Source: Candidatus Undinarchaeota archaeon
Lineage (GTDB): Archaea; SpSt-1190; JASMDC01
Length of the DNA stretch: 64,000 bases
Assembly: GCA_964519305.1 (NCBI GenBank)
Contig: CAZFHY010000001.1
Location: 442,132-506,131 of the forward strand
Direction: 5' to 3'
Shown here: positions 1-8,820 of the stretch, in pieces
Layout: each line of letters starts with the position of its first letter
How positions within the stretch are numbered: the stretch's first letter is position 1
Translations under genes and position numbers: made by a program
Notes under the pieces: model-generated
What the model saw: the letters and a program-made list of their open reading frames with translations, nothing else
What the model was told of the DNA's origin: nothing
Databases searched by the model: none

Positions 1-1
1 T

Positions 2-880
2 CCAGAAGAGACCTCGCCATCCCCGTCCGCGACCACTGTTCCAACCGTGTCCCCCGAAATAACACCCACAATAATTTCCTCTCCGACACCCGTACCAACA
101 CCCACTCCTGCCACGACACCTACACCCATCCCCCCCGGTACACTGGTGCCTCAGCTGGAGGCAGAGGTTAGGAGACATTCTGTATTCGTCGAGGAACGTG
201 ACCGGCTCAATGCCATCGGCTATCGCATAGAGGGTGGTCTCACAGTTGAGACCACTACGTTGGAGGAGCTCTACACAGTGGAGGCCGTGTTCACCCGGGG
301 AGATGATCCCGTGATCCGTATCCTTGGCTCCTATTCCGCTAATGACAAATCGCTCCAGCTCAAGGTGAAGGGGAACGCAACGGCACCTACGACGGTCCCC
401 ACGGCCACGTCCGCTCCCTTGCCAACCCCGGACGCAGGGACGGTCGTGGATCGGGGCGATGCTGAGGAGGCCTTGTCCAAGGTGGAGCGTCTCATGGGAA
501 GGGCCGAGGCAAAAGGGCTAGATACTGCCGAGATCGACTCCCTTGTTACCGCGGCGCGCGCGGACATGGACGACGGTGCCTACGCCGATGCCCTGCGAAG
601 GCTCTCCACCGTCGAGGCCGATCTGGCCGAGAAGCTATCCGAGGGGGACAAGGGTGGTTCGCGCAATCGGATGGAGATGTTCATGCAGTTCCTTGAGGTG
701 GCCTTCGGTGCTGCTGCCTTCATCATCGCGATGCGCGAGGCGCGTCGTCGCGAGTGGGTCCCGGGGGCAAGGGGCACGACATATGCCGGAGCGGCAGTGC
801 AGCCCCAGGTAGGGGCCTACGCCAATTATGGGTCTTATTACGGCACGTACACACAGTATCCCGGGTACGGCCCCAGGTAG
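2..880 (+). CDS. Hypothetical surface/membrane protein, 5'-partial (Pro/Thr-rich linkers, C-terminal TM, Tyr/Gly-rich tail)
   Basis: Frame is open from base 2 (PEETSPSPSATTVPTVSPEI), so the start lies upstream of the window; hydrophobic segment MFMQFLEVAFGAAAFIIAM. Confidence 0.75.
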   Translation, partial: PEETSPSPSATTVPTVSPEITPTIISSPTPVPTPTPATTPTPIPPGTLVPQLEAEVRRHSVFVEERDRLNAIGYRIEGGLTVETTTLEELYTVEAVFTRGDDPVIRILGSYSANDKSLQLKVKGNATAPTTVPTATSAPLPTPDAGTVVDRGDAEEALSKVERLMGRAEAKGLDTAEIDSLVTAARADMDDGAYADALRRLSTVEADLAEKLSEGDKGGSRNRMEMFMQFLEVAFGAAAFIIAMREARRREWVPGARGTTYAGAAVQPQVGAYANYGSYYGTYTQYPGYGPR

Positions 881-903
881 GGACGCGGCCCGTCAGGATA
901 ACA

Positions 904-911
904 TTTTTAAA
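904..911 (+). promoter_or_regulatory. Archaeal TATA box for tRNA-Ile
   Basis: TTTTTAAA about 24 nt upstream of the tRNA 5' end. Confidence 0.6.
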
Positions 912-934
912 GGTGCACACCCCGTTTTGGGAAC

Positions 935-1041
935 GGGCCCGTGGCTCAGCTAGGTTAGAGCGTCCGATCGTACGGGGTGTTCCCCCGGGCGAGGCGAGGC
1001 TGATAACCGGGAGGTCCGGGGTTCAAATCCCCGCGGGCCCA
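935..1041 (+). tRNA. tRNA-Ile(GAU) with 32-nt intron at non-canonical position 30/31 (intron 967-998)
   Basis: Acceptor stem GGGCCCG/CGGGCCC, D arm GCTC/GAGC, T arm CGGGG-TTCAAAT-CCCCG. Removing 967-998 gives anticodon arm TCCGG-CT-GAT-AA-CCGGG. BHB central helix CGTC/GGCG with two 3-nt bulges. Confidence 0.93.
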
Positions 1042-1070
1042 CTACCTCCCCATTGTACGGTGTCCTGACC

Positions 1071-1730
1071 ATGTATGTTATCGTCGTCGGAGGAGAGGGA
1101 ATCGGTGAGCACCTCGCAAAGCTCCTCGTTCGTGACGGGGTCAACGTGGTCATCCTCGAAAGGGACAAGGCCGTTTGCGACAAGCTCGCCAAGACCACTG
1201 ATGCCCTCGTCGTCAACGGTGATGGCGACGACGCTGACATCCTTCGAGAGGCCGGTGTCGACCGGGCCGATGTCCTTGTGTCCGTGACCCGCGACGATTC
1301 GCTTAACCTGATGTCATCCATGCTCGCTAAGGACCGTGGTGTCAAGAGCATCGTTTCCGTGGTGAACGATCCAAAGCACATCAACATCTTCGAGAAGGCC
1401 GGAGTGTCGACGGCCATCAGCCCCGACATCGCTACTGCACGTTATCTCGCCGATGTGGTCAAGCGGCCCGATATCTCCACGCTCTACTTCCTGGGCGGAG
1501 GCAGGGCTGAGATGTTCGAAGTGGTCGTCCCCCCAGAGTCGAAGATCGCTGGTATGAAGCTCAAGGAGATAGAGTTCCCCGAGGAGAGCCTAATAGTAGC
1601 TATCTACCGTGACGAGGAGCTCATCATCCCTAAGGCGGACACTCTTCTCAAGATCGGCGATAAGGTGACGGTGTTCGCATCCCTTGAGGTCCAGAAGCAG
1701 GTGAAGGCCAAGCTTACGGGGACCGAGTGA
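1071..1730 (+). CDS. trkA: Trk potassium uptake NAD-binding subunit (TrkA-N + TrkA-C)
   Basis: Rossmann start MYVIVVGGEGIG, NGDG...LREAGV, C-terminal IVAIYRD..LIIPKADT; directly upstream of trkH. Confidence 0.92.
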   Translation: MYVIVVGGEGIGEHLAKLLVRDGVNVVILERDKAVCDKLAKTTDALVVNGDGDDADILREAGVDRADVLVSVTRDDSLNLMSSMLAKDRGVKSIVSVVNDPKHINIFEKAGVSTAISPDIATARYLADVVKRPDISTLYFLGGGRAEMFEVVVPPESKIAGMKLKEIEFPEESLIVAIYRDEELIIPKADTLLKIGDKVTVFASLEVQKQVKAKLTGTE

Positions 1731-1731
1731 G

Positions 1732-3216
1732 ATGTTCTTTGGTTCTCGCATCTCCAATATCCTCGGTTATCTCGGGGTCGTCTTTCATATCACGGCCCTC
1801 ATGACGGCCTCGCCCGTGATCATCTGCCTCCTCTTCGGTGAGAATGATTACCTCCAGTCTTTCCTCGTCCCTGCTGTGTCCGTTTTCGTGCTGGGCACCA
1901 TCCTTCGCGACCGGTTCTCACCCGAGAACATCTCCCGTGGTGAGGCGATGGTGGCCTCAGCACTTGCATGGATCATCATCCCCGCTGTAGGGATTTTCCC
2001 CTTTATCCAGTTCTTCCAGTTCGAGACGCCGGAGCTCCATCCGGGAGCAGAGGCATACGTGGACGCCTATTTCGAGAGCGTCTCGGGATACACGGCAACG
2101 GGTCTGACGATGATCCCTGACGTGGAGAGCGCGCCCCGGGCCATCCAGTTCTGGCGTTCGGCCACCGAGTGGTTCGGCGGTGTGGGGGTGATCGTACTGT
2201 TCCTCGCTGTGCTGCTGACACCGGGCTCTGCCGCGGCCCAGCTCTACACCGCTGAAGGTCGGACCGACAGGATCGTCCCCTCCATCACAGAGACCGCTCG
2301 CATCATCTGGTGGATCTACCTGTTCTATACGGCCGCGGGGGCCATCGGCCTCATGGTCGCCGGGATGCCCGCGTGGGACGCCGTGAACCATTCCATGACC
2401 GGTATCGCCACGGGTGGGTTCTCGGTGAAGAACGCCTCCTTCGGGTACTATGACAACCTGAATGCCGAGCTTGTGTGCATCCCCCTCATGCTCGCAGGCG
2501 CCGTCTCCTTCGTGGTCCATAAGAAGCTGTTCGAGCGTAACTTCAGGTTCCTGTTCGGAAACGTAGAGGTGAGGGCACTGCTGGCGGTGACCCTCCTCAG
2601 TACACTTGCCATTGCCGGGCACCATTTCCTCGTGCTCTACGCCAATGATTCACCAGAGCTGAACGCGGAGGTCACCCTTCGTGGCCGCCAGGCCCTGTTC
2701 CAGACGGCATCTGCGGTCTCCGGTACGGGCTTCGGTACCGCGGACCTGTCCAGCTGGACGGACTTCGCGAAATGGATCCTGACCATCCTCATGGTCATAG
2801 GGGGCGGGTACGGCTCGACCTCATCTGCCATCAAGCTCATCCGTTTCGTAATCATCTTCAAGGCGGTCATCTGGATAGTCCGCAAGCTCTTCCTACCTTC
2901 CAGAGCTATACTGCCATTCAGGGTCGGGGACAAGGTGTTCGAGGAGGAGGAGATCATGTCCGCCTCGCTCTACGCATTCCTTTACCTCGTGTTCCTCTTC
3001 GGTGGCGCCCTTGCCTTCATGAGCCTGGGCTATAACGGTACGGACTCCTTCTTCGAGGTCGCATCGGCACAGGGGAACGTGGGGCTGTCGGTGGGCGTGA
3101 GTGGCCCACAGCTCGAGCCCATCGGTAAGATAGTGCTCATCTTCGAGATGCTCGTCGGTCGGCTTGAGATCCTCCCTTTCATAGCCCTGGCCGGCTTCAT
3201 GTTCGGAAAGCGATGA
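1732..3216 (+). CDS. trkH: Trk potassium uptake membrane subunit
   Basis: Pore-loop motifs FESVSGYTATG, IATGGF, SGTGF, SAQGNVG and GRLE; multiple TM helices. Confidence 0.95.
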   Translation: MFFGSRISNILGYLGVVFHITALMTASPVIICLLFGENDYLQSFLVPAVSVFVLGTILRDRFSPENISRGEAMVASALAWIIIPAVGIFPFIQFFQFETPELHPGAEAYVDAYFESVSGYTATGLTMIPDVESAPRAIQFWRSATEWFGGVGVIVLFLAVLLTPGSAAAQLYTAEGRTDRIVPSITETARIIWWIYLFYTAAGAIGLMVAGMPAWDAVNHSMTGIATGGFSVKNASFGYYDNLNAELVCIPLMLAGAVSFVVHKKLFERNFRFLFGNVEVRALLAVTLLSTLAIAGHHFLVLYANDSPELNAEVTLRGRQALFQTASAVSGTGFGTADLSSWTDFAKWILTILMVIGGGYGSTSSAIKLIRFVIIFKAVIWIVRKLFLPSRAILPFRVGDKVFEEEEIMSASLYAFLYLVFLFGGALAFMSLGYNGTDSFFEVASAQGNVGLSVGVSGPQLEPIGKIVLIFEMLVGRLEILPFIALAGFMFGKR

Positions 3217-3343
3217 TAGCCCGTTCGAGCAAGAACGGCCCCCCGACCTTAGGCGCGCGAACGGTAGGTTTTTTTACTGTGATGGTATCATCACCAATCG
3301 TTAAGGTGAGCCCGTGGGGCTGGCCGAGGCGTAGGTTGAAGCT

Positions 3344-3817
3344 ATGACGCCCGCTGACCAGCAACAACAGCCCTATCTGTCCCCGTCGCCCTACGGTCAA
3401 CAGTCCTACTCACAATACTACAGTCAGGTCTACGGCTACAATACCTATGACCAGCAAGGCTACGCGACACAGCAGCAGCAGCAACAACAACAACAGCCTG
3501 TGGCTGCGCCCCCGGAGGAGGAAAAGGAAGAAGAGGGAGGGCACTTCTGGCTCATTGCCCTGCTCGCTGTCTTCTTCATCCTCGTGCTCACGGGCGTCAT
3601 CATCTACGCTGCCAAGTACATGCCCGAGGACACTACCAAGTACCGGACATGCGATGAGAACAGCCGCTGCGTCCCGCGGTGCTGTGACGGCGAATGGACC
3701 TGTATGAACTTCGACAGCCTTGAGGGGAACGTGTGCGTCGATCAGACACCGTGTCTGAAGAAGAGCTCTACGATATCAGCTTGCATCTGCCAGGATAATG
3801 GTTGCACGTTCAGCTAG
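3344..3817 (+). CDS. Hypothetical single-pass membrane protein with Q/Y-rich N-terminus and Cys-rich C-terminus
   Basis: QQSYSQYYSQVYGY and poly-Q, TM FWLIALLAVFFILVLTGVIIYAA, C-terminal Cys-rich domain. Confidence 0.75.
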   Translation: MTPADQQQQPYLSPSPYGQQSYSQYYSQVYGYNTYDQQGYATQQQQQQQQQPVAAPPEEEKEEEGGHFWLIALLAVFFILVLTGVIIYAAKYMPEDTTKYRTCDENSRCVPRCCDGEWTCMNFDSLEGNVCVDQTPCLKKSSTISACICQDNGCTFS

Positions 3818-3828
3818 GAACGAGAGCC

Positions 3829-4365
3829 CTATTCGTCCTTCTTGTCGTCACCGGACGGTGTGCAGATGTCCACTGTGCGCCCCGACTCTGTCTCCAGCAT
3901 CCTCTTGAATGCCACGAGAAGATTGGGGAGCGCCTGGGGACTCTTTAGGAAACGCTGGAGTTCAATGAATCCCAAGAGGATGAAGGCGCCCTTGAACAGG
4001 GTGAAGTAGGTCGTCCCTACGCTCACGAGCTGGCGTACCAGCTCGGGCAGGACAATCCCTACAGCGCCTAAAAGGCCGAGCGTGCTGAACACGGACGCGA
4101 TAGCGAGGTAGCAGAGTCCGCAGCCCACGAGGAGCGCAACGCGAGCGAACTCGGTGTTCTCCAGGTACTGGTACATGCGCCAAACAACATATACGGCGAT
4201 GAGCTCACCAAGCGTACCCATAACTGCAGCAAGGAGCTCGAACTGGCCGGATAGAGAGGATAGTGTAGTCAACGGTCGGGCCTGGAGGATGAACAGTGCG
4301 AAGATGACAAAGACTATGAGCGATAGAGCGAAGGTGCGCTGGATGGTATGCTGGTCCATTTGCAT
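3829..4365 (-). CDS. Hypothetical multi-pass membrane protein
   Basis: Four to five hydrophobic helices; 7 nt downstream of the roadblock gene. Confidence 0.7.
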   Translation of the reverse strand: MQMDQHTIQRTFALSLIVFVIFALFILQARPLTTLSSLSGQFELLAAVMGTLGELIAVYVVWRMYQYLENTEFARVALLVGCGLCYLAIASVFSTLGLLGAVGIVLPELVRQLVSVGTTYFTLFKGAFILLGFIELQRFLKSPQALPNLLVAFKRMLETESGRTVDICTPSGDDKKDE

Positions 4366-4372
4366 TGTGTAC

Positions 4373-4741
4373 TCACTCCAGGATCATCTTGATCTTATCG
4401 GCCGCTTTTCCCAACTCGATGAGGATGAGACCTAGCCCCGCCTCGGGAGAGGTCATGACCACAAGGAGCGCTTTAGGGCCGGTGCCGATAGCGATGAGCT
4501 TCGTCTCCTCCGACTCGACGATTATACGGTCAGGAAGGCCACGCCCCAGTTCGGCGGCAGCGGTCTCAGCTGCACCAAGCATAGTGGCGGACATGGCCGC
4601 GAAGGTCTCCGCGTTGATACCTGTTGCTATGTCGGAGGCCATGAGAAGTCCGTCCCGGGAGACGATGGCGGACGCCTCGATGTCACCCACGGACCGGAGG
4701 CCGTCGAGCACCTTCTCCAGCATCTCCTTGACCGTGGCCAT
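4373..4741 (-). CDS. Roadblock/LC7 (MglB-like) domain protein
   Basis: IEASAIVSRDGLLMAS, FAAMSATMLGAAETAA.ELG, LGLILIEL. Confidence 0.92.
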   Translation of the reverse strand: MATVKEMLEKVLDGLRSVGDIEASAIVSRDGLLMASDIATGINAETFAAMSATMLGAAETAAAELGRGLPDRIIVESEETKLIAIGTGPKALLVVMTSPEAGLGLILIELGKAADKIKMILE

Positions 4742-4777
4742 CGTTAGTGGCGGTCATCGTGGATAATATATAAAACT

Positions 4778-5563
4778 TCACCCGCGGTGCCCGGCAGGCC
4801 TGTCAGGTACCACGAGCACAGGGAGGTCCACTGCCCTGAAACGCTCGGCGATGGCCTCGAGCTCTTCCTGTGAGAGCGCATGGACGTACCCCTTCGCAGG
4901 CCGTCGGACGCATGTATTGACATCCACGCGGTCGGGCCTTATCCTTTTCGCTGCCGCCACAAGGGCATCGATGGACGCGTCGTCGACGTTCGATGGGCCT
5001 TCGTCCGAGCGTACGAACATGATCTCCAGCCAAACAGTAGCTGAAGAGCAGGCCACATCCGCGATACCAGCGATTATATCCTCGGCACGGAACCCTGCTG
5101 CTGGTCGGTTGACACGTGCGATGCCCTCATCGGTCGCGGCGTCCAGCGACGGGACCACCAGATCGAACCGCGAGGCCGTGCTCCGGGCGGCAGGTGAGAC
5201 GAGCAGAGTGGCATTGGTGATGAGGGCGAGCGGCACGTCGGTCAGGTCGCGTAATCGCGTGACGACCTCGCCAAGATAGGGCGAGAGCATCGGCTCCCCA
5301 CGGCCCGACATGGTTATGTAGTCCAGTCCGGGATTATCGTCCAATACCCGCTGCACCGCTGTCACGATCTCATCGGTCGTGGGAAAGCGACCGGGGGCCT
5401 CATCGGCTGATGACACGAGATGCTGCGTCCCCCCCAGCTGACAGTACACGCAATCGAATGTACAGGTGTGAGGCGGTAGGATGTCCACACCGAGGGAGGA
5501 GCCCAGGCGCCGGGAGCGCACAGGCCCGTACACACGGGCACCGTAGAGTTCCTCCACCGCCAT
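4778..5563 (-). CDS. Radical SAM Fe-S protein (YGPVxSRRLG-type)
   Basis: VYGPVRSRRLGSSLGVD, CTFDCVYC (CxxxCxxC), SGRGEP, VPSLDA; ATG at 5563. Confidence 0.9.
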   Translation of the reverse strand: MAVEELYGARVYGPVRSRRLGSSLGVDILPPHTCTFDCVYCQLGGTQHLVSSADEAPGRFPTTDEIVTAVQRVLDDNPGLDYITMSGRGEPMLSPYLGEVVTRLRDLTDVPLALITNATLLVSPAARSTASRFDLVVPSLDAATDEGIARVNRPAAGFRAEDIIAGIADVACSSATVWLEIMFVRSDEGPSNVDDASIDALVAAAKRIRPDRVDVNTCVRRPAKGYVHALSQEELEAIAERFRAVDLPVLVVPDRPAGHRG

Positions 5564-5571
5564 GGTCGCAC

Positions 5572-7104
5572 CTACCCGAACATCAGCATATCGGGCTTGA
5601 AGAGCATGATGAGGCCGAGGACGAGCATGATCGAACCGCCCGCGAGCTTCATCCAACGGCCTTCCCGCTCCGTAATCTTACGGTTGCGTTCCATGAATAC
5701 GAGGAACACCGCCAGCACACACGCATCGGGGATTATATAGACGATGTTGTAGAGCACGAGGTAGAGGTAGTAGCTCATACCGGTGAAGCCCTGCTGGGTC
5801 AGGATCTGTGTGTAGATGACCGGGAATCCGGCGGTGCAGGGAAGCTCGATGAGGCTGGCGGACAAGGCCATGAACACGGTCCCACTGAGAAGGGCCCAGC
5901 CTTCGGCCCTGGTGAGGTTCCGCATCTGTCGAAGGAGGAAGGGCTTGAACCGCTGGGGGATGACCAGCGAGATACCCTTGCCGAACCAGAAGAAGTCCTT
6001 GATGTTGATAAGCCCCGCTACAACTGCGATAACGCCGATGGAATAGCGTATCCAGTCGATATACCCGATATAGAGGAAAGTGTTCAGCCAAGCGGCCATG
6101 AACATGAAGTACACCGTGAACACGGTCACTAGATAGACCAGGCCCACCATGATGATCCGCCTGCGCGACCGGGCATAGAAGAGCATGGACAGGAGGAAGG
6201 AGAGAACCCACATGGTGCACGGGTTCACGCCGTCGACCAAGGCGATCGCTACGGTGAGGGCGGGGAGGAAGGCATTAATGGGATTTATGCACCCCAAGAA
6301 TGGGAGACATACTTGAACATCTGGTGGCGTCGTGACATCGTCACCGGGACCCGGCACACCAGGTGTGAACGGTACGACGTTACCCGCCGAGCACATGCAG
6401 TCCCTTTTCGGGCAATCCTCTAGTAGCGAGGGGAGGTGGTCGCGTATGAGACCCTCCCCCATGAGGTAGTAACCTGAGATGAACGCCAGGGGAAAACCCA
6501 CTTCCTTGATACCGTGGCGCTGGCGATAATCCTTGTAGATGGCGTTCTCGATCGGATTGTTGACCTCGTATGTCGTGATGTTGATGTTGTATCGCGTCTC
6601 CAGTTCATCCAGGAAGGGCAGAAGTCGTTCACAGGGACTGCAGGTCATGTTCAGGAAGACGACCAGACAGACGTCGACATCGCTCAGGTCCGGATAGCCA
6701 CTTGGTGTTGTTTCGGTTGTGATCCCTGCTTTCACGAGCGGGTCCACGCATCCCTTCTCCAGGCACTCCTTGACGTAACCCTCGATCCGTTTTCCCGAAG
6801 TGGCTGTCGAGCCGTACCCGACCATATAGTGCTCTCCGATGAAGGTGCCCGGCACTCCCCGGGCCTCCCCGTCGTAGCCGGCCGCCACCTTCTGGTAGAG
6901 TTCCGCGTTCTTCGGATCGCTCCACGTCTCATATCGGTAGACCTCTAGCGAGGGATAGGTCTCCTCAAGATAGTCCAGGAAAGGCTCTTCGTCCCGACAA
7001 TGGGGACATCCCTCACCGTAGAAGAAGTGGATACTGACGGTGTCGTTCGCAGCCTTTGCACATGATATACTCAGGAGAAGAGCGAAGAGGGCGACCATGG
7101 TCAT
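5572..7104 (-). CDS. Exported double-thioredoxin protein fused to a CcdA/DsbD-like TM domain
   Basis: Signal peptide, FYGEGCPHC and NMTCSPC redox motifs, TM motifs DGVNPC and ELPCTAG. Confidence 0.85.
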   Translation of the reverse strand: MTMVALFALLLSISCAKAANDTVSIHFFYGEGCPHCRDEEPFLDYLEETYPSLEVYRYETWSDPKNAELYQKVAAGYDGEARGVPGTFIGEHYMVGYGSTATSGKRIEGYVKECLEKGCVDPLVKAGITTETTPSGYPDLSDVDVCLVVFLNMTCSPCERLLPFLDELETRYNINITTYEVNNPIENAIYKDYRQRHGIKEVGFPLAFISGYYLMGEGLIRDHLPSLLEDCPKRDCMCSAGNVVPFTPGVPGPGDDVTTPPDVQVCLPFLGCINPINAFLPALTVAIALVDGVNPCTMWVLSFLLSMLFYARSRRRIIMVGLVYLVTVFTVYFMFMAAWLNTFLYIGYIDWIRYSIGVIAVVAGLINIKDFFWFGKGISLVIPQRFKPFLLRQMRNLTRAEGWALLSGTVFMALSASLIELPCTAGFPVIYTQILTQQGFTGMSYYLYLVLYNIVYIIPDACVLAVFLVFMERNRKITEREGRWMKLAGGSIMLVLGLIMLFKPDMLMFG

Positions 7105-7279
7105 GGCGCGCCTCGAACGGGTGATGTCCCTACTTGAGGGGGCGCGGGTACCCATGTCCCCAAAGCAGGAGGGATGTATATAAAAGGATTAAGGACGGGG
7201 GCGACGTGACGCTGCAAGTAAGGGGGGTACATCCACGAGCCTCATCGATGACCTGATAGGGGCTGCTGAGGAGCGTCCC

Positions 7280-7936
7280 GTGGAGGAAGTGACAATCGGC
7301 CCCCGGTTGGTTGTCGCACGCTCAGGGGACAGGTCTGGCCTGGCGCATTTCTTTCCCGGAACAGCTGAACGACATATCCCCGCATCACGTCTGACGGATC
7401 CATTGATCGTATCCCGACTCCGCTCGTCCGACCTCTTCGAGGCCGCTATCGGAGCTGCTGCCCTCAACGCTTGCCTCGTCCCCGTGCAGTGTCGCACACT
7501 GAACGTGTTCGACCTGATCGAGGAGCGTGCTTTGGACGCCCGCAGGATTGCCCTCGTCGGGGGCTTCGGTCCGCTCGTCAAGAGGCTGGATGCCCACGGA
7601 ATCAAACCTCTCGTGTTCGAGATAGAGCCCACGGACGGACAGCTCCCGGTGACCGCTGAGAAGGATATGCTACCCCGGTGCGACCTCGTCGTGGTGAGCG
7701 GTACATCCGTTGTGAACCACACCCTCCAAGACGTTCTCTCGTGGTCGGGGGGCTATACGTTCGTGGTCGGGCCTACGACACCAATGTCCCCTGTTCTGTT
7801 CGAACACGGTGCTGACGCGATCGCTGGTATCCGTATCCATGACCTTGGTGGCGCACGGGATATGCTCGAGCAGGGTGGCGGACGTCGGGACCTCAGGTCA
7901 TACGCGGACGATGTGTACATAGGACCATCACGATAA
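7280..7936 (+). CDS. DUF364 (Rossmann-like) family protein; true start may be ~7235
   Basis: AAIGAAALNA, IALVGGF, DLVVVSGTSVVNHTL, VVGPTTPMSPVLFEHG. Confidence 0.8.
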   Translation: MEEVTIGPRLVVARSGDRSGLAHFFPGTAERHIPASRLTDPLIVSRLRSSDLFEAAIGAAALNACLVPVQCRTLNVFDLIEERALDARRIALVGGFGPLVKRLDAHGIKPLVFEIEPTDGQLPVTAEKDMLPRCDLVVVSGTSVVNHTLQDVLSWSGGYTFVVGPTTPMSPVLFEHGADAIAGIRIHDLGGARDMLEQGGGRRDLRSYADDVYIGPSR

Positions 7937-7965
7937 CTTGAGGAGTGGATGTCATCCCGCTCTAA

Positions 7966-8271
7966 TCAGAGAGCACTGAGCTCCTCGTCAAGTATGAGCT
8001 TCGCCTCTTCCTCGTCCCCATCTGCCGCCTCCACCGCCTCTTGCCACAGAGATGCCCCTTCCCGCTGATCCGTGCTAGTTGTCGCCTCTTCGCGCTCATT
8101 CTCCGTCCTGGGGGAGCACGGCGGACTCTCGAGCCGCTCTACGAGACGTCGACATGCATCGCGTACGAACTCGGTCCGGTCAGCCCATCGACCCGTCCGC
8201 AAGATCGTACGGTCCATGTCGTCCACAAGACCTCGGGGGATACGGAGATGGAGGATACGAGTCGATGTCAT
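7966..8271 (-). CDS. CopG/MetJ-type ribbon-helix-helix protein
   Basis: LHLRIPRGLVDDMD...GRWADRTEFVRDACRRLV pattern. Confidence 0.75.
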   Translation of the reverse strand: MTSTRILHLRIPRGLVDDMDRTILRTGRWADRTEFVRDACRRLVERLESPPCSPRTENEREEATTSTDQREGASLWQEAVEAADGDEEEAKLILDEELSAL

Positions 8272-8322
8272 GTAGCGATTGTATACTTAATCGTTATTTA
8301 TTCGTTACCTTTATAGTCGAAC

Positions 8323-8820
8323 TCAGATCTCGAAACCTTCATCGAAACCGCCCTTGCGGAAGAACTCATGCATCCTACGTTGACGGGTCACTTCGTCCTT
8401 CTCCTTTTGAAATCGCTGCACACCGGCGACCAGTGACGCGAGCGCATGCTTCGCAGCATCGACAACTGTCCAAGCGAGCGCTACTGTGAGGACCAGCGCA
8501 AGAAGCGCCAGTAAAAAAGGGTCCTGGCCGAGCAAGGGTGCGTACAGGAGGGATACCGCTATGTAGGAAAGGACATTCGCAAAAAGGAACAGTCCCAGTA
8601 GGGTGAGCATAATGCCAGAACCACCACTACTCTCCGAAGGCCCTTTGGGTCGGTCCTCACCGGGCTTCGGACCGGACGAGCTCTTCTTACCACGTCGCGT
8701 TCCCGTGCGGTAGCTCCCGTCCTCCTCGACAAACACACGCGGTCCCGGCTCTTCCTCGATATCCCGCCCGATAGGTACGAAGGGCGGCATCTCCTTCTCC
8801 TCCTTGGGCTTACGCGGCAT
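8323..8820 (-). CDS. Hypothetical membrane protein (2 TM)
   Basis: Charged N-terminus followed by two hydrophobic helices; start overlaps the UPF0182 stop region. Confidence 0.65.
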   Translation of the reverse strand: MPRKPKEEKEMPPFVPIGRDIEEEPGPRVFVEEDGSYRTGTRRGKKSSSGPKPGEDRPKGPSESSGGSGIMLTLLGLFLFANVLSYIAVSLLYAPLLGQDPFLLALLALVLTVALAWTVVDAAKHALASLVAGVQRFQKEKDEVTRQRRMHEFFRKGGFDEGFEI

